From positions 1 to 64,000 of the IMG/VR virus record IMGVR_UViG_3300035670_000008: a stretch of DNA of 64,000 bases, one strand, 5' to 3'. The notes beneath the pieces are model-generated. The model saw only the letters and a list, made by a program, of their open reading frames with translations, was not told the origin of the DNA and did no database searches. The first letter of the stretch is position 1. The number at the start of each line of letters is the position of its first letter. This document shows positions 34,964 to 47,637 of the stretch, piece after piece. A program made the translations under genes and the position numbers.

Positions 34964-36670
34964 ATGTCTAATGATACTAATCGCTCGCTCCGTGCTCTCC
35001 GTCAAGCTAAGGTAATTAATACCTCAGCTGAGGTAGCTGGAGTCAGCCAGTCAGCAGTGACGGCGGTTAGGAATCCGAACAGGCAGAAGCCTCCTAGAGA
35101 GACTAATTATATTAACGAGGCTGCTCAGACGGAACCTTTAGTCAACACGAACTTGGTTCGTTTGGCCAGACCTATTCAGTCAGTCGGTGCCGAGCTTAAC
35201 AGTAATGAATCTCCTAACTCGAAGGCCACGCTGTCTGCATCCCAACGTGAGTTTAGCCGACGGGTAGCTGAGCCAGAGCTCCCTTCTACTCCACCATTAA
35301 TACCAGACTTAGCAGTTGCTTTTGTCCCACGCCTGCTGCGGCAGCCTCTAACTATCGAGCCTACTTCAGAGACGGCAAGTTCTGACCTAGGTACCTCGAC
35401 TAGCTATAGTCTACTTAGAGACGAGCCAGTAGTTGTTTTAGATTCTTATACAGATGAAGTTGTCTTTAAAGCGGCTGAGCCTCCAACGGATTGGGAGTTA
35501 TATCAAAGGGAGTTTGGTTACACTGCGCCGCATGTCTACTTAGGGCAGGGGCTTACCTTTGACCCCCAAACTGGGAGTCTTAAGGTCACCTACGACCCAC
35601 CAACTCAGGAAGGTGGAGTTTCTAGCGTTGTAGGAGTTACCGGAGACGTCACAGTAGAAGACATCATAAATGCTCTACTAGATGTACCTGATTTAGAGTT
35701 AGGTAGCGCGGTTGATAGCGTCGTAGGGTTAGAGGGCGACATCACCGCTAGTCAGATTGCTGCGGCGTTGAATCTACTGACAGGTGAAGAAAGACTTAGC
35801 TACCTCAGCCTTAAAGACACTCCGGTTATCCCTGTATTACCAACGACCGTCGAGCTAGCCACAGCTCTTAATTCTTTAACTGGCGCCAGCCGGATTAGCT
35901 ACCTCAGCCTTAAAGACACTCCTACCATTCCGGTGCTGCCGACAGCGGCGGAGTTAGCGGCGTCTCTTAACGCCCTAACCGGTACCGACCGGATTAGTTA
36001 CTTAAGTCTTAAAGATACTCCTACTATTCCAGTTATTCCGGCATCGTTACCGCCAAGCGGGCCTGCTGGTGGAGACCTAACTGGAACCTACCCCGACCCT
36101 ACGTTAGCTACGGTAGGTGTAGCAGCAGGCACGTACACTAACGCAACGATTACCGTTGATGCTAAGGGCCGGGTGTTAAGCGCAGCTAGCAATGTCATTG
36201 ATATTCCTACTAGTGGAATTTTAGCTAGGACAGGTTCAACTGCTGCCTTAGCGCCTAACGCCTCAGCGGAGCTGTCTTTCGACTGCGGGACTAACGGGGT
36301 CATTTTTAAAGTCACTACTAACGTTAACTGTTTGATTAGGCTTTACTCAAATCCTACCGCTAGGGCGGCAGACAGCCGGGCTCTAGGGGTGTTGCCTACG
36401 GTTTACGTGGCTGGGCTAGTACTAGAGGTAGAAACGCAGAGTGATTCTCCAGTGTGGTTGGGGGCCCAACCGTTTGTTAATACACAAACGCCCCAACTTA
36501 CTTATTTATATGCCACAGTATTTAACCTTTCTGGTATGACTAATTCTTTAAGTATTGAACTACAGACAATGTCCAGCGTCCTGGCCCCTGACTTTACAGA
36601 CTACGACCTAGACGACGATGGCTATATTGACGAAGACTTTTTACCTGATGCTGATGGAGGTAGCTTCTAA
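34964..36670 (+). CDS. tail fibre-related structural protein
   Basis: three SYLSLKDTP repeats, [12 protein letters not shown] and ITVDAKGR fibre motifs. Confidence 0.75.
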   Translation: MSNDTNRSLRALRQAKVINTSAEVAGVSQSAVTAVRNPNRQKPPRETNYINEAAQTEPLVNTNLVRLARPIQSVGAELNSNESPNSKATLSASQREFSRRVAEPELPSTPPLIPDLAVAFVPRLLRQPLTIEPTSETASSDLGTSTSYSLLRDEPVVVLDSYTDEVVFKAAEPPTDWELYQREFGYTAPHVYLGQGLTFDPQTGSLKVTYDPPTQEGGVSSVVGVTGDVTVEDIINALLDVPDLELGSAVDSVVGLEGDITASQIAAALNLLTGEERLSYLSLKDTPVIPVLPTTVELATALNSLTGASRISYLSLKDTPTIPVLPTAAELAASLNALTGTDRISYLSLKDTPTIPVIPASLPPSGPAGGDLTGTYPDPTLATVGVAAGTYTNATITVDAKGRVLSAASNVIDIPTSGILARTGSTAALAPNASAELSFDCGTNGVIFKVTTNVNCLIRLYSNPTARAADSRALGVLPTVYVAGLVLEVETQSDSPVWLGAQPFVNTQTPQLTYLYATVFNLSGMTNSLSIELQTMSSVLAPDFTDYDLDDDGYIDEDFLPDADGGSF

Positions 36671-37746
36671 TGGCTAACACAATACGAATTAAACGCCGGG
36701 TAACTGGCAACGCGGGCGCTCCAACTGGACTATCCAATGCAGAGCTAGCCTATAACGAGGTAGATGATGTCCTTTACTATGGTAAGGGCCTGTCTGGAGT
36801 TGGGGTTGAAGCAGCGGCAGTGGTTCCGATCGCAGGGCCGGGTCATGCGGTTACTTTAAACACAACTCAAACGATTTCAGGTAACAAGACCTTCAGCGGC
36901 ACGGTTGTGTTAGGCTCTAACGCAACTGCTACCACGCCGGCTACGAATGATAACTCGACCGCAGTAGCCACAACCGCCTGGGTGAAGCTCCAGGGTTACG
37001 GCTCTGGTTCTGGTAGTCTGACTAGCGTTGGGTTAGCCCTTAGTACCGAAGCGAACGCTTTCTTAGCTGTCAGTGATACTCCATTAATTGCCAACGGCAA
37101 CATTACACTTGACTTAGATTCGCAAACTGCGAACCATGTCTTCGCTGCTCCAAACGGGTCTGCTGGCAAGCCTGGCTTCCGTGCATTGGTTGCTGATGAC
37201 ATCCCTAGTTTAAGCACACTCTATCTGCCACTGTCCGGGGGGACGTTAACCGGGGGCTTAACTGTCGGCGGTGACTTGGTTGTTAACGGTACTACTACCA
37301 CCATTAACAGCACCACGTTGGATGTAGACGACATTAACATCACGTTGGGTACAGTTGGCAGCCCCACAGATAGCACCGCCAACACTGGTGGGATTACGCT
37401 TAAGGGGGCCTCTGATAAACTCTTCCGTTGGCTTAGCTCGACGGCGGCTTGGACTAGCTCAGAGCATATTGACTTAGCAACTGGTAAGGCTTACTACATT
37501 AACGGGACTTCGGCGCTGTCTGCTACTGCACTGGGTTCTGCGGTTACCTCCAGCTCGTTGACTTCCGTAGGTACGCTTACGACAGGTACTTGGAACGCCA
37601 CAACCATCGGCGTGGCTTACGGTGGTACTGGTGTTACTACTTTGACTGGTATAGTAAAAGGGAACGGCACTGGTGCGTTTAGCGCAGCTGTCGCTGGTAG
37701 CGATTATTTGAATAACGACAGCGTCATTGACTGCGGAACTTTCTAG
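36670..37746 (+). CDS. tail fibre protein
   Basis: MANTIRIKR...ELA.N, QTISGNKTF, ATTAWV, LTSVGTL, IDCGTF. Confidence 0.8.
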   Translation: MANTIRIKRRVTGNAGAPTGLSNAELAYNEVDDVLYYGKGLSGVGVEAAAVVPIAGPGHAVTLNTTQTISGNKTFSGTVVLGSNATATTPATNDNSTAVATTAWVKLQGYGSGSGSLTSVGLALSTEANAFLAVSDTPLIANGNITLDLDSQTANHVFAAPNGSAGKPGFRALVADDIPSLSTLYLPLSGGTLTGGLTVGGDLVVNGTTTTINSTTLDVDDINITLGTVGSPTDSTANTGGITLKGASDKLFRWLSSTAAWTSSEHIDLATGKAYYINGTSALSATALGSAVTSSSLTSVGTLTTGTWNATTIGVAYGGTGVTTLTGIVKGNGTGAFSAAVAGSDYLNNDSVIDCGTF

Positions 37747-37766
37747 TATTATACCTGTAACATCTA

Positions 37767-39533
37767 ATGCCTAACAAAGTAAAGCTAAAACGGTCGGCTA
37801 CTCCTAGCTCAGCACCTACTACAGGTCAGCTGGAACTAGGGGAGCTCGCCATGAATACCTATGACGGTAAGCTTTTCTTTAAAAAAGATGACGGGGCAGA
37901 GTCTATTGTTACGATTGCTCCAGCTTCCGGGACTTTTACTGCTCAAACAACTGCACCGTCTAATGCAGCCACAGGGGACCGGTGGCTAGAAACCAGCACC
38001 GGAGTCCTATACACTTATTTTGATGGCGCTTGGATTGAGTTCGGAGCTAAAGGGCTAGACGACCTACAGACCGTATTCAGTGACCCGGTGGTCACGCGAG
38101 TAGGGACAGCTACTGGAGATACTTCAGCCACGTTACCTGCTCATCAAGCTGGAGATATTATTATTGGTTGGGCGTTTAGGGATGGTTCGACCACTAATCC
38201 TACATTGCCGGCGGGTTGGATAAGTTTAACCTCCAGGGACGGGACAAGCTGTTCTGCTCGGATGGGTTATAAGATTGCTGCTTCCGCTGCTGAGACCACA
38301 GGGACTTGGACGAACGCCAGCGTCGTGGCATTTGCGGTTTATCGTGGCGCTCGTTCCGATGGCGCTGTTGACCCTGTAGCCGACTGGGCATTTGATACTG
38401 GGACAAGCAGCACGGTCAACTACGACGGGAACAATATAACGCTCAACTCAGACCGTACATGGGTTGCCGCATTTGTCGGGCATCGTTCTACCGACACGAC
38501 AATTGAAACCGCGCCGTCAAATCTGACTAATGTTACTAGCTACGCGAATGCGACTGCTGAAGTAGCAATACATGATACTAACGGCGGGGTAAGCTCTTTT
38601 GTTGACGATTCAGTCTCCATCACGGGGACGAACAGTGGATGGATCACTGAGACCGTGACTATTGAGCCGCTGCTCAACCCTTCGACGTATCTGGACTTTC
38701 CATCTAGCCCTAGCGTTGATGATACTTATAGCTACTCTAATCTGACCTGGAAGTGGAACGGGGTTGGTTGGAGATTGCAATCAGCACGTGATGTTCAAAC
38801 GTTTAGCTCTAGCGGAACTTGGATAAAACCAACCCCAGTTCCCTCTGAAGCGTTCGTACTCGTCGAGTTATGGGGAGCTGGAGGCGGGGGTGGTTCCGGT
38901 GGACTAAGCACAGCAAGCGTAGTGTATGGAGGAGGAGCAGGTGGAGGGGGCGAGTATATAAAAATTCTTATACCAGCTAGTGACTTGCCTAATTCTGTTT
39001 CTGTAACGATTGGAGCTGGTGGTACTGGAGGGGCCAATAGTGATGTTAATGCTGGTTCATCCGGGGGAAGCACTTCATTTGGATTTTTGGTCGCCAACGG
39101 TGGAGCAGGAGGCCCTAGTAGCACAAGTGGTACATTATTGCAGGGCAACGGAGGGTCATCATCAATTTCCTTTGAGCCGGGCGCAGACGGGAATGGAAGT
39201 ACAGTGTTATCCGGAGCTGGGGGAGGCCCTGGTGGATCTTATGCCTTTCAAGTCGGTTACGACGGAGGCGAGTGCGCATCCAAAAGCACTGGCGCGGCCG
39301 CAGGAGGCAGTGGCGTTGGCGTAAATGGGAGCAACGCAACAACGTTTGGTAACGGCGGTGGTGGTGGTTGGACTGCCGTGGCTGACAACACAAATGCAAC
39401 CAATGGTGGAAATGGAGCAACCGCCGGAGGGGGAGGGGGAGGAGGTAGTGTCAAGTATACTACAACTGCTGGTACTAGAGGAGCTGGCGGTAACGGCGGA
39501 AATGGTTACGCAATAATCACAAGTTACTTTTAA
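37767..39533 (+). CDS. tail fibre protein with glycine-rich C-terminal domain
   Basis: GELAMNTYDGKLF, FPSSP..WKWNG, VELWGAGGGG... Confidence 0.8.
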   Translation: MPNKVKLKRSATPSSAPTTGQLELGELAMNTYDGKLFFKKDDGAESIVTIAPASGTFTAQTTAPSNAATGDRWLETSTGVLYTYFDGAWIEFGAKGLDDLQTVFSDPVVTRVGTATGDTSATLPAHQAGDIIIGWAFRDGSTTNPTLPAGWISLTSRDGTSCSARMGYKIAASAAETTGTWTNASVVAFAVYRGARSDGAVDPVADWAFDTGTSSTVNYDGNNITLNSDRTWVAAFVGHRSTDTTIETAPSNLTNVTSYANATAEVAIHDTNGGVSSFVDDSVSITGTNSGWITETVTIEPLLNPSTYLDFPSSPSVDDTYSYSNLTWKWNGVGWRLQSARDVQTFSSSGTWIKPTPVPSEAFVLVELWGAGGGGGSGGLSTASVVYGGGAGGGGEYIKILIPASDLPNSVSVTIGAGGTGGANSDVNAGSSGGSTSFGFLVANGGAGGPSSTSGTLLQGNGGSSSISFEPGADGNGSTVLSGAGGGPGGSYAFQVGYDGGECASKSTGAAAGGSGVGVNGSNATTFGNGGGGGWTAVADNTNATNGGNGATAGGGGGGGSVKYTTTAGTRGAGGNGGNGYAIITSYF

Positions 39534-39537
39534 CCTT

Positions 39538-39984
39538 ATGAGATACGCAGTTATTAAGAATGGTGTGGTGGACAATATCATCGTTGCCGAAGAGACTATC
39601 TTGGCAGCACTCTTTCCAGAGGGGAATTATGCGATTTGTCCTGATGGTGTGAACATCGGCTACAGCTATAGCAACGGAGAGTTTACAAGTTCTCCCATCC
39701 AAGAGTTTCCTCCCGACTGGCCAGGCTTCAACATGGCTATTGCACTGGACACCAATATGATTCAGTACGAAGTGGTAGCTAACCAAGCCCATCCATCTAT
39801 TGTTACAAAGAAAGACTTAGCCTACTCCATTATTACGGATAAAGGGTTAGACAACTTTGCCGCTATCTTCCCAATGTTCTGTCAGTTGGCTGGGGTTTCG
39901 CCGGAGCACCGGGAAGAGTGGGCAACGATGGCAGAGTCATTCCACTTGCCGGCGGACTTCGTAAGTATCGTCAGAGGCAGCTAA
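39538..39984 (+). CDS. tail fibre assembly/chaperone-like protein
   Basis: [23 protein letters not shown] directly follows the Gly-rich fibre. Confidence 0.6.
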   Translation: MRYAVIKNGVVDNIIVAEETILAALFPEGNYAICPDGVNIGYSYSNGEFTSSPIQEFPPDWPGFNMAIALDTNMIQYEVVANQAHPSIVTKKDLAYSIITDKGLDNFAAIFPMFCQLAGVSPEHREEWATMAESFHLPADFVSIVRGS

Positions 39985-39985
39985 T

Positions 39986-42900
39986 GTGGTTAAGCAGAAC
40001 TACCCCGGTGTAATTGATAACGCAGCGACGACAGCAGTCACTTATCTAAGTGAATTGCTGGACGTTTCTGTCGACTACAACACAATTACACCTGGGCAAG
40101 TTCTAACCTACGACAGCGTCCTCCAGAAGTGGAAACCGGCTACCTTCAGTGCGGTGGTATCCGTTAACGGACTGACAGGCGTAGTTAGTTTAAGCACCAC
40201 CAACATCGGGGAAGGATCTAACCTTTACTTCACCAACAGCCGAGTAGACAGTCGGGTGGCTCAACTCCCGTTGAACCAACTGTCGGATGTCAATACTCTT
40301 GGGCAGGCTATTAACGACGTTCTAACCTACAACGGCTCGGCGTGGGTACCAGCTCCCGTAGCTACGGTACTAACTGTCCGGCTCGATGATTTAACCGATG
40401 TTACTATCTCTAATCCTGCTAACGGACAGGTCTTAACTTACAACTCAACTACTCAGCAGTGGGGGCCTGGAGCAGCGGTTACGTTAACTAACACAGACCA
40501 GCTACCAGAGGGCTCTAGTAATCTCTACTACACGACTGGGAGGGTTGACACACGCATCGGCCAGACGTCTATCAACGCGTTGTCTGATGTTAATACCAGT
40601 GGGAGTGTCAACGGGCAAGTCCTAGTTAAACAGTCTGGAATATGGCAGGGCGCTGATTTAGTTCTACCTACGACAACGGATGACCTACCGCAAGGGTCAA
40701 CCAATCTGTATTACAGCGACAGTCTGTTTGATACCCGGCTGGGTCAATCATCTCTTAACGCGTTGTCGGACGTAAACACCGTCGGTAGCGTTAACGGACA
40801 GGTACTGGTCAAGCAGTCTGATGTTTGGCAGGGGGCAGATTTAGTCTTACCGACGACAACGGACGATTTACCCCAAGGCACAACTAACAAGTATTATTCC
40901 AACTCCTTAGTAGACGCCCGGCTGGGACAGGTGTCTATAGATGCCTTTGTTGATGTCAGTCTAGCTGGTATTACTACCGGTCAGGTGTTGGCTTGGAACG
41001 GTAGTTTGCTCTCGCCTGTTACGGTATTAACGACGGCGAGCACGACAGACTCTATCAACCAAGGGACTAACCCAGACCGGCGGTATCTTAGTAATAGCAA
41101 CCTAACCACAGCGTTGGGCGTTCAGAGTATCAACGCGCTGTCGGACGTTACAATTGCTTCTCCGAAGGCTGGTCAGGCCCTAATCTATAACTCTTCGATT
41201 GGACAGTGGCAGGCTGGAGACGTTACCACGCTGTCTTATTCCTTTACCTGGCAGTCTAACGGAGACACTAGGGGCGTCCTTTACTGGTTAGGTACGGAGG
41301 CTTTAAAGGTTCCCCATACTAGCCCAGCGCTTAAATCTCAACCTTACGGATTGACAGTAACGTTATCGTCTAACCTCCCAGGCACGCCTACGTCTTATGC
41401 AGCAGACCGCAACGTTAATACCTTGGTTAGCACGGCTAGCGAACCAGGGGCTTGGATTATGTTCGACTTTGGGTCGAATAAACTTCTTAGCCCGAAGGAA
41501 TACACCATCCGGGGTCGTAATGACTCTGATACTAGGCACCTTCGTAACTGGAAGATACAGGTTAGTCAGGACGGGCTTAGCAACTGGATTGATGTTGACA
41601 CCCAAACGAATAATCCTAGTATCATTCAGGGTGGTTATTTCTATGGAGCTACTACAGCTGTAGATTCTTACCGCTACGTCCGTGTGCTGCAGACTGGGTT
41701 GGACTCTGACGGAACGGAGTATCTAACCTTATCAGAGGTTGAGTTCTACGGTGACTTAGTGATGTCTGGGGTCAGCGCCCCAACGACGACGGATGACTTA
41801 CCAGAAGGCACGACGAACCTCTACTACACCAACACCCGGGTTTCTAGCTATCTATCCTCCGCTACTAACTACGTCGGCACAAATGCGTTAACGAACAACG
41901 CTGTCACGTTCTCTAAGATTCAGCAGGTAGCCACCAACTCGTTGCTAGGTCGCTATACCGCCGGTACTGGGGTCGTAGAGGTAATTACTCTAGGGCCGGG
42001 GTTGGTACTTAACCAAGGGATTCTGTCTGCCCCAGGGAATAACCTAGTCACCTCCGTCGTGGGGGCGGTAGGGGATGTTACTGCTACTCAAGTTTCTACA
42101 GCGCTTAACGCTTTAACCGGCGCTAATCGAGTTAACTACAACTCCCTACAGAACACACCGACTGCGCTGCCTCCAAGCGGAGCTGCCAGCGGGGACTTAA
42201 CTGGAACCTACCCCAATCCAACGTTGGGTGCTAACGTAGTAACCTTCTCGAAGTTCCAGCAAATTAGCGCAAGCAAACTTCTAGGACGGTCTACAGCTGG
42301 CACCGGGAATGTCGAAGAACTTAGCTTAGGTACCGGCTTTACTTTAGTAGATGGAACGCTATCTGCAGTAGGAGAAAGCTCCCCACTGGAAGTCAAATAC
42401 AATGGTGTTGCCCAAGGCTACGCCTATACGGTGGATTTAATTGGGCTGCCTGATGGGTTAGTTTATGACGCAGGTACGAATACCTCTACTGTTTACTTAG
42501 CCCCGGTTACAGCAGCACAGCGGACGTTGAGCTTGTTAACCAACGCTGGTTTTGAGAGTCCAGCGGTTAGCAACTGGCAGAGCGTCACGGCTCCTGGCTG
42601 GGGTTCTATCTTACTGGGTAATAACGGGAATGCCTATGGGAACCCTAACGCCCCAGAAGGTACGCAGGTTTGGATTGGTCAAGTAACGATAGCAGGCGAT
42701 ACCCGCACGATTAGCCAAACAGTAACTATACCTGCGGGCTGTTACTCCCTGCGGGTTAGTCTTTGGTTGGCTAGTAGAAATGCTTCCAACAACATCACCG
42801 TCGAGATTCTTTTCAACGGTTCGGTGGTGTGGACGAAGACCCCAGTTACCCATACCAGTTGGCAGCAATATACAACTAGCTGGATTAGCGTAGTTGGTGG

Positions 42901-44581
42901 GTCTTCTTTGACCTTTGCTATCCGGCTTACTCAAGCGGTCAGCTCTGACCAAACTACGTTTGTAGACGGCATCACCTTTGAAGGCAAGCTCGCCGAGCTG
43001 CTGGCGTCTAACGTAGCCTTCACTCCATCAGGGACAATTGCAGCGTCTAGTGTACAGGCCGCTATCGCCGAGTTAGACACCGAAGTCAACTCGTCTTTGA
43101 CGACGATTAACACGGCTATCAATACGACGCTTCCTGGTTTAATTAACGCTAAAGAGCCTACGATTACTGCTGGTACACCCTTACAGTATTGGCGTGGCGA
43201 CAAGTCTTGGCAGACGTTACCCACGTCGTTACCCCCAGAGGGAGCTGCAGGTGGTGACTTAGCGGGCCAGTATCCTAACCCCAGTCTGGCTTCTACTGGT
43301 GTGCTGGCTGGCACCTACAGTAACCCAACTCTTACTGTTGACGCTAAAGGACGTATCACTTCTGCGGCAAATGGCGTAGGCGGCGGTGGTGGAGGAGTTT
43401 CCTTTACTAGTAACGTAGAAAGTCTACTGGCGACCAAGGAGCTAACCTCTGAAGACGCTTACTTCCAGTTCCTAACGCCTAGCGGGGCTAACCGCTCGGT
43501 CGTACTGACCCCTGGTTGGACAGGGCAAATCATTAACGACAGCGACGGCACTTATAGCATTGACATCAAAGAGACCGCTCTAGGGGATGTTGTCTATAGT
43601 CTGAATGCAGCTACGAACGTTCAGAGCGTGTTGGCTTGGTATAACGGCAGTGAATATGTTCTGCAAGAGACTGGGGTCTATATCCCCGATCCAGATAGCC
43701 TAAACGACCCTATCTATAACCGGGAGGCTATTTCAGCTACCAAGACGTTGACCTTACAGAGTCCTAAAGTCCAGCTGCTTACTCCAGTGGGAGTTGACCG
43801 GAACGTGGTGCTGGCAGTCGGCTGGCGTGGGTATGTCGTTAACTTAAGCGAAGGCGCTTATGGACTTCAACTACAAGAGACTGCCGGCGGACCAGTTGTT
43901 TATACACTTAGCGCTGTAACAAACACCCAAGCTGTCGAAGTGTGGCACGACGGTGTTGAGTTCTGGATTCGGGAAGTTGGGGTCTTTGAAGACTTAGGCA
44001 CGGTCATTGACTACAACACTCTAGCTAACAAGCCAACTATCCCTACAACTCTACCCCCTAACGGGGCTGCGGGTGGGTCTTTAGCTGGAACTTATCCTAA
44101 TCCAACGTTGGCGGCTACAGCGGTGACTCCAGGGTCGTACACCAACGCGAATATTACTGTTGGGGCAGACGGGCGTATTACTGCAGCTGCTAATGGTACC
44201 GGTGGTGGCGGAGGTTCTGTTAACTTTACCTGTAACCTTGAGACATTGGCAGGAACCAAAACTCTAGCGGCTGACAGCCCCTACTTCCAACTGCTTAACC
44301 CCAACGGGGCAGCCCGTAGCGTTGAGCTGCACATCGGTTGGACGGGTCAGATTATTAATGACAGTGATGGTACCTACCCAATTAACTTAACCAGCGGGGC
44401 TACCCAGATTGCGGAGCTGTCGGCGGCTACGAATCTAAAGAGCGTCCTCGTTTGGTACGCCGGGACAGAGTATGTTGTACAGCAGACCGGTATATTTCAG
44501 CAGGAGTCTAACTACTCCGCCGGTGGGCTGACTAACACACAGCAAACCATGCTTAAGCTAGCACTACGGAGGGGGTTGTAG
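39986..44581 (+). CDS. long tail fibre with repeats, discoidin-like and carbohydrate-binding-like domains
   Basis: L..LSDV...GQVL.Y and TTDDLP.G..NLYY repeats, F5/8-like domain, NAGFE.P domain, three GGDL.G.YP motifs. Confidence 0.85.
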   Translation: MVKQNYPGVIDNAATTAVTYLSELLDVSVDYNTITPGQVLTYDSVLQKWKPATFSAVVSVNGLTGVVSLSTTNIGEGSNLYFTNSRVDSRVAQLPLNQLSDVNTLGQAINDVLTYNGSAWVPAPVATVLTVRLDDLTDVTISNPANGQVLTYNSTTQQWGPGAAVTLTNTDQLPEGSSNLYYTTGRVDTRIGQTSINALSDVNTSGSVNGQVLVKQSGIWQGADLVLPTTTDDLPQGSTNLYYSDSLFDTRLGQSSLNALSDVNTVGSVNGQVLVKQSDVWQGADLVLPTTTDDLPQGTTNKYYSNSLVDARLGQVSIDAFVDVSLAGITTGQVLAWNGSLLSPVTVLTTASTTDSINQGTNPDRRYLSNSNLTTALGVQSINALSDVTIASPKAGQALIYNSSIGQWQAGDVTTLSYSFTWQSNGDTRGVLYWLGTEALKVPHTSPALKSQPYGLTVTLSSNLPGTPTSYAADRNVNTLVSTASEPGAWIMFDFGSNKLLSPKEYTIRGRNDSDTRHLRNWKIQVSQDGLSNWIDVDTQTNNPSIIQGGYFYGATTAVDSYRYVRVLQTGLDSDGTEYLTLSEVEFYGDLVMSGVSAPTTTDDLPEGTTNLYYTNTRVSSYLSSATNYVGTNALTNNAVTFSKIQQVATNSLLGRYTAGTGVVEVITLGPGLVLNQGILSAPGNNLVTSVVGAVGDVTATQVSTALNALTGANRVNYNSLQNTPTALPPSGAASGDLTGTYPNPTLGANVVTFSKFQQISASKLLGRSTAGTGNVEELSLGTGFTLVDGTLSAVGESSPLEVKYNGVAQGYAYTVDLIGLPDGLVYDAGTNTSTVYLAPVTAAQRTLSLLTNAGFESPAVSNWQSVTAPGWGSILLGNNGNAYGNPNAPEGTQVWIGQVTIAGDTRTISQTVTIPAGCYSLRVSLWLASRNASNNITVEILFNGSVVWTKTPVTHTSWQQYTTSWISVVGGSSLTFAIRLTQAVSSDQTTFVDGITFEGKLAELLASNVAFTPSGTIAASSVQAAIAELDTEVNSSLTTINTAINTTLPGLINAKEPTITAGTPLQYWRGDKSWQTLPTSLPPEGAAGGDLAGQYPNPSLASTGVLAGTYSNPTLTVDAKGRITSAANGVGGGGGGVSFTSNVESLLATKELTSEDAYFQFLTPSGANRSVVLTPGWTGQIINDSDGTYSIDIKETALGDVVYSLNAATNVQSVLAWYNGSEYVLQETGVYIPDPDSLNDPIYNREAISATKTLTLQSPKVQLLTPVGVDRNVVLAVGWRGYVVNLSEGAYGLQLQETAGGPVVYTLSAVTNTQAVEVWHDGVEFWIREVGVFEDLGTVIDYNTLANKPTIPTTLPPNGAAGGSLAGTYPNPTLAATAVTPGSYTNANITVGADGRITAAANGTGGGGGSVNFTCNLETLAGTKTLAADSPYFQLLNPNGAARSVELHIGWTGQIINDSDGTYPINLTSGATQIAELSAATNLKSVLVWYAGTEYVVQQTGIFQQESNYSAGGLTNTQQTMLKLALRRGL

Positions 44582-44584
44582 AGT

Positions 44585-45328
44585 ATGCCTACTGAGCTTA
44601 AATACCCATTCTCTAAAACTGTCTTAAGGGCTGACCCTTACGCTAAGAATGTAATACTTTATTTAAAAGGAGACGGGGTTGATAACAGCACTTCTATTTT
44701 AGACAGCTCTCTAGTTTATCCAAAGACTCCTAGCTCAAATACCGGTGTAGTAACAAGTACTTCAGAAGCTAAATATGGCAGCTCCAGTCTTTACTTTGCT
44801 GGCTCGAATAATAGTAGGTTACTGTATGCCGACCAGTCTGATTGGGATTTTGATGCAGGTGATTATACAATAGAATGGTGGGGAAAGAGTATAACTGCGG
44901 CTAATGCTGGTGCTACATACACCGCTGTGTTAGGTAATGCTCCAGATGTGGGTGCCTCTCAGGCTGGTTGGATAATCACGCATACCCCTAGTATCAACGC
45001 TATTGGTTTACATGTTAGTACTGGCGGCGGCTCTTGGAATGTTGTTAATCATTCCGCTAACACTGGAGCACCTGTTTCAGGGTGGGTGCATTATGCTTTT
45101 GTAAGAGAAGGTAATAATAGTCTTGTTTTTATTGGCGGCACTTTAATGAGCACAACACCATTTTTATCTAGTAACATGCCTTATTCTTCTCTTTCTTTTT
45201 GGGTTGGTAGAACTTCCAGCGGTTATTTTAACTTGACGGGCTATTTAGACTCCATTCGTATAACAAAACGAGTGGCCCGCTACACTTCCAACTTTAACCC
45301 AGAGAGTGATACCTATCTTGCTTACTAA
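44585..45328 (+). CDS. LamG/concanavalin A-like domain tail protein
   Basis: KYGSSSLYF, DYTIEWW, WVHYAFVR, GYLDSIRITKRVARY..NF. Confidence 0.85.
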   Translation: MPTELKYPFSKTVLRADPYAKNVILYLKGDGVDNSTSILDSSLVYPKTPSSNTGVVTSTSEAKYGSSSLYFAGSNNSRLLYADQSDWDFDAGDYTIEWWGKSITAANAGATYTAVLGNAPDVGASQAGWIITHTPSINAIGLHVSTGGGSWNVVNHSANTGAPVSGWVHYAFVREGNNSLVFIGGTLMSTTPFLSSNMPYSSLSFWVGRTSSGYFNLTGYLDSIRITKRVARYTSNFNPESDTYLAY

Positions 45329-45333
45329 CTGCT

Positions 45334-45762
45334 ATGGCTAAATCAGACGTTCTTTACATTCCCAAGCAATACCAAGCCTTTGGCAACTCCTTTGCCAGTG
45401 CTGACGGCACGAACCTCAAGACGTTATACACCGCGCCGACGGACGATGCTAACCTTATCTTGCTCAGCATTACTAGCTCTGATACAGCGGCAACGGACGT
45501 GTTGCTGTACCTAACCATCGGCGGCACCGACCGGCTGATTGGTCACATCGACGTACCCATCGGCGCTGGCACCAATGGCACAGCCAACGCTGTTGACGGG
45601 CTAAATGCTACTAATCTCCCCTTTATCTTGGTCGATGACACAGGGATTAATCACTTTTTACCTCTGAAGGGTGGGGTGATTCTGAAAGCTGGTATGCGCG
45701 CGGCTGTGACCTCTGGTTGCACCGTTACAATTACTGGTATCGTAGCTGACTACACAGCTTAG
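45334..45762 (+). CDS. small tail-associated protein
   Basis: TLYTAP..VPIGAGTNGT; paralogue of 47638..48006. Confidence 0.6.
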   Translation: MAKSDVLYIPKQYQAFGNSFASADGTNLKTLYTAPTDDANLILLSITSSDTAATDVLLYLTIGGTDRLIGHIDVPIGAGTNGTANAVDGLNATNLPFILVDDTGINHFLPLKGGVILKAGMRAAVTSGCTVTITGIVADYTA

Positions 45763-45770
45763 GGGGAGTT

Positions 45771-46412
45771 ATGTTGAAGGGTGGTGTAGGGCGTAGTGGT
45801 TTAACATTACCTGCAAAAAGCGGCTCTAGTAATGTAGTCACTAGAATCGTCAATATACCTTTTGTTAACAACAATTTGTATGAAGGTGTTTTTTATTATA
45901 TTGGCACTAAATTTGGCACTCAACCTTATACCAACGCCGCTCTTATATCTGATGAAAATTATAGAGTTAAATTTCATCATGGGCAGTTATATCAAGACTC
46001 TGCGGGCTTAGGCCCTTTTTTACTTCTAAATAGACCTGCCAGTCTCACTCAAGCTAGGGCTCCTTTCCACACAGCCCAATATGCTGACTACGCTCTTATT
46101 GTTATACTCCCACCAAGGCTTAAACTAAAGCTAACAGGTTTTTCTATTCAAGGTAGAACTGATTATGAAGGGGGATACGTAACTCAACTACGGGTGACCG
46201 GTTGTAAAAACACACCAGTCTTAGCCCCTATGTTTCAAGACTTCGGCACTTTTAACACAAATATAACAACGCAAGGGGTGATGTATACACAGTCAAACCT
46301 TGTTTCTAATGACTACTACACTTCGTTTAACTTTACCCGCTTGGCTGACGGATACAATGGTTACTTTATATGCCCCTTCTTAGAGATATATGGCGAGTTA
46401 TCTATAGGTTAG
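45771..46412 (+). CDS. discoidin-like receptor-binding protein
   Basis: GVFYYIGT...SIQGR...LEIYGEL parallels the discoidin-like domain in 39986..44581. Confidence 0.55.
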   Translation: MLKGGVGRSGLTLPAKSGSSNVVTRIVNIPFVNNNLYEGVFYYIGTKFGTQPYTNAALISDENYRVKFHHGQLYQDSAGLGPFLLLNRPASLTQARAPFHTAQYADYALIVILPPRLKLKLTGFSIQGRTDYEGGYVTQLRVTGCKNTPVLAPMFQDFGTFNTNITTQGVMYTQSNLVSNDYYTSFNFTRLADGYNGYFICPFLEIYGELSIG

Positions 46413-46414
46413 TT

Positions 46415-47629
46415 ATGACCAAGTTTATTTACTCTGCTAAGAACCCTGGCGCTACCGCTGCTGTTGCAGCTACAGTTGCTACCTTTACCGCTACTACTTC
46501 TTCCCTAGCGACCAATGCCAGCGAGGATATTAACTATGCTGTTGCTGAGTCAGGTATCTTAGTAAGCTTCACTGCTAACCGAGCCTGTCTAGTCCGAGTC
46601 TATGACTCTGCTACCACCCGCGCAGCAGATACTCGTACCTACAATCAAGCAGTCCCGGCGGCGGGCGTGACCGGACTTATCGTAGAGCTAGAGATTGACC
46701 CAGCTATTGCAGCTAACTTAGATGTCAACGTTATCTTTGCTAACGACGATGCACCGCAGAGTGAGTCGTTATACGTTAGGGTGTTTAACTTAGATGTACC
46801 GGCGGCTATTACTTTAACTCTGAAAGCTGTCAGGTTTGTTGAAGTTGTTCCTGCATTATCCAGAGAGGTCTTGACTGCTAACCGTACTTACTACGTTAAC
46901 ACCACCACAGGGTCTAATAGCAACGACGGACTGAGCCTAGAAAGTCCTTTTCTGTCTGCAACTTATGCAAGCCAGCTCATAAGTAAAAGCTTAGATTGCA
47001 GCCTTTTTGACGTCACTATTGAACAGGTGGGTAACGAGACGGCAGGCGTAGTATTAACGCCTATTTTTGGTAGCGGCAAGCTTCTGTTTAAAGGTAGTGT
47101 TCCCGGCACCCAAATAGATAATGTAGGCGGGCTTAGTGCAGTAGAAATATGGGGTAACGGTGGGGGTGTATTTGAGTTACAAAATCTGGTGCTTGGAAAT
47201 ACCTGTGACCAATGCCTTAGTCTTAATAACGGGGCCACTATTAACACATTGGATAATATTGAATACAAAAATGGTAAGTTTGGGATTTTGTGTTTGACAG
47301 GCTGCCGTTTGTCCGCCAAAAAGAACTTTTCTTTTTCTGGAAACCGCTGGATATACCCGGTCTACTGTATTGATGCTGACATTACTTTTCACACCATTAA
47401 CCCGGCTCCAGGGGCTATAACCCTAGCTTCAGGTAGTGCTTGGAGCGGTTACTATTTTATCTACTGCGAGCGTGGATATGTACGTCTGTACAACTCAGCT
47501 TATGTAACCTTTTCTGGTAGTGGTACCGGAGGTCGTATTCGATGTGATTATGATGGAAAGGTTATTAGAGGGAACGTGGCTGTTCCAGGCAGCGGAGACT
47601 TGCTGCAAAATGGTGGTGCTGTTTATTAA
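46415..47629 (+). CDS. tail spike-like protein with beta-helix C-terminus
   Basis: RTYYVN..GSNSNDGLS..SPF motif; N-terminal module shared with 34964..36670. Confidence 0.7.
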   Translation: MTKFIYSAKNPGATAAVAATVATFTATTSSLATNASEDINYAVAESGILVSFTANRACLVRVYDSATTRAADTRTYNQAVPAAGVTGLIVELEIDPAIAANLDVNVIFANDDAPQSESLYVRVFNLDVPAAITLTLKAVRFVEVVPALSREVLTANRTYYVNTTTGSNSNDGLSLESPFLSATYASQLISKSLDCSLFDVTIEQVGNETAGVVLTPIFGSGKLLFKGSVPGTQIDNVGGLSAVEIWGNGGGVFELQNLVLGNTCDQCLSLNNGATINTLDNIEYKNGKFGILCLTGCRLSAKKNFSFSGNRWIYPVYCIDADITFHTINPAPGAITLASGSAWSGYYFIYCERGYVRLYNSAYVTFSGSGTGGRIRCDYDGKVIRGNVAVPGSGDLLQNGGAVY

Positions 47630-47637
47630 TTAAACTT

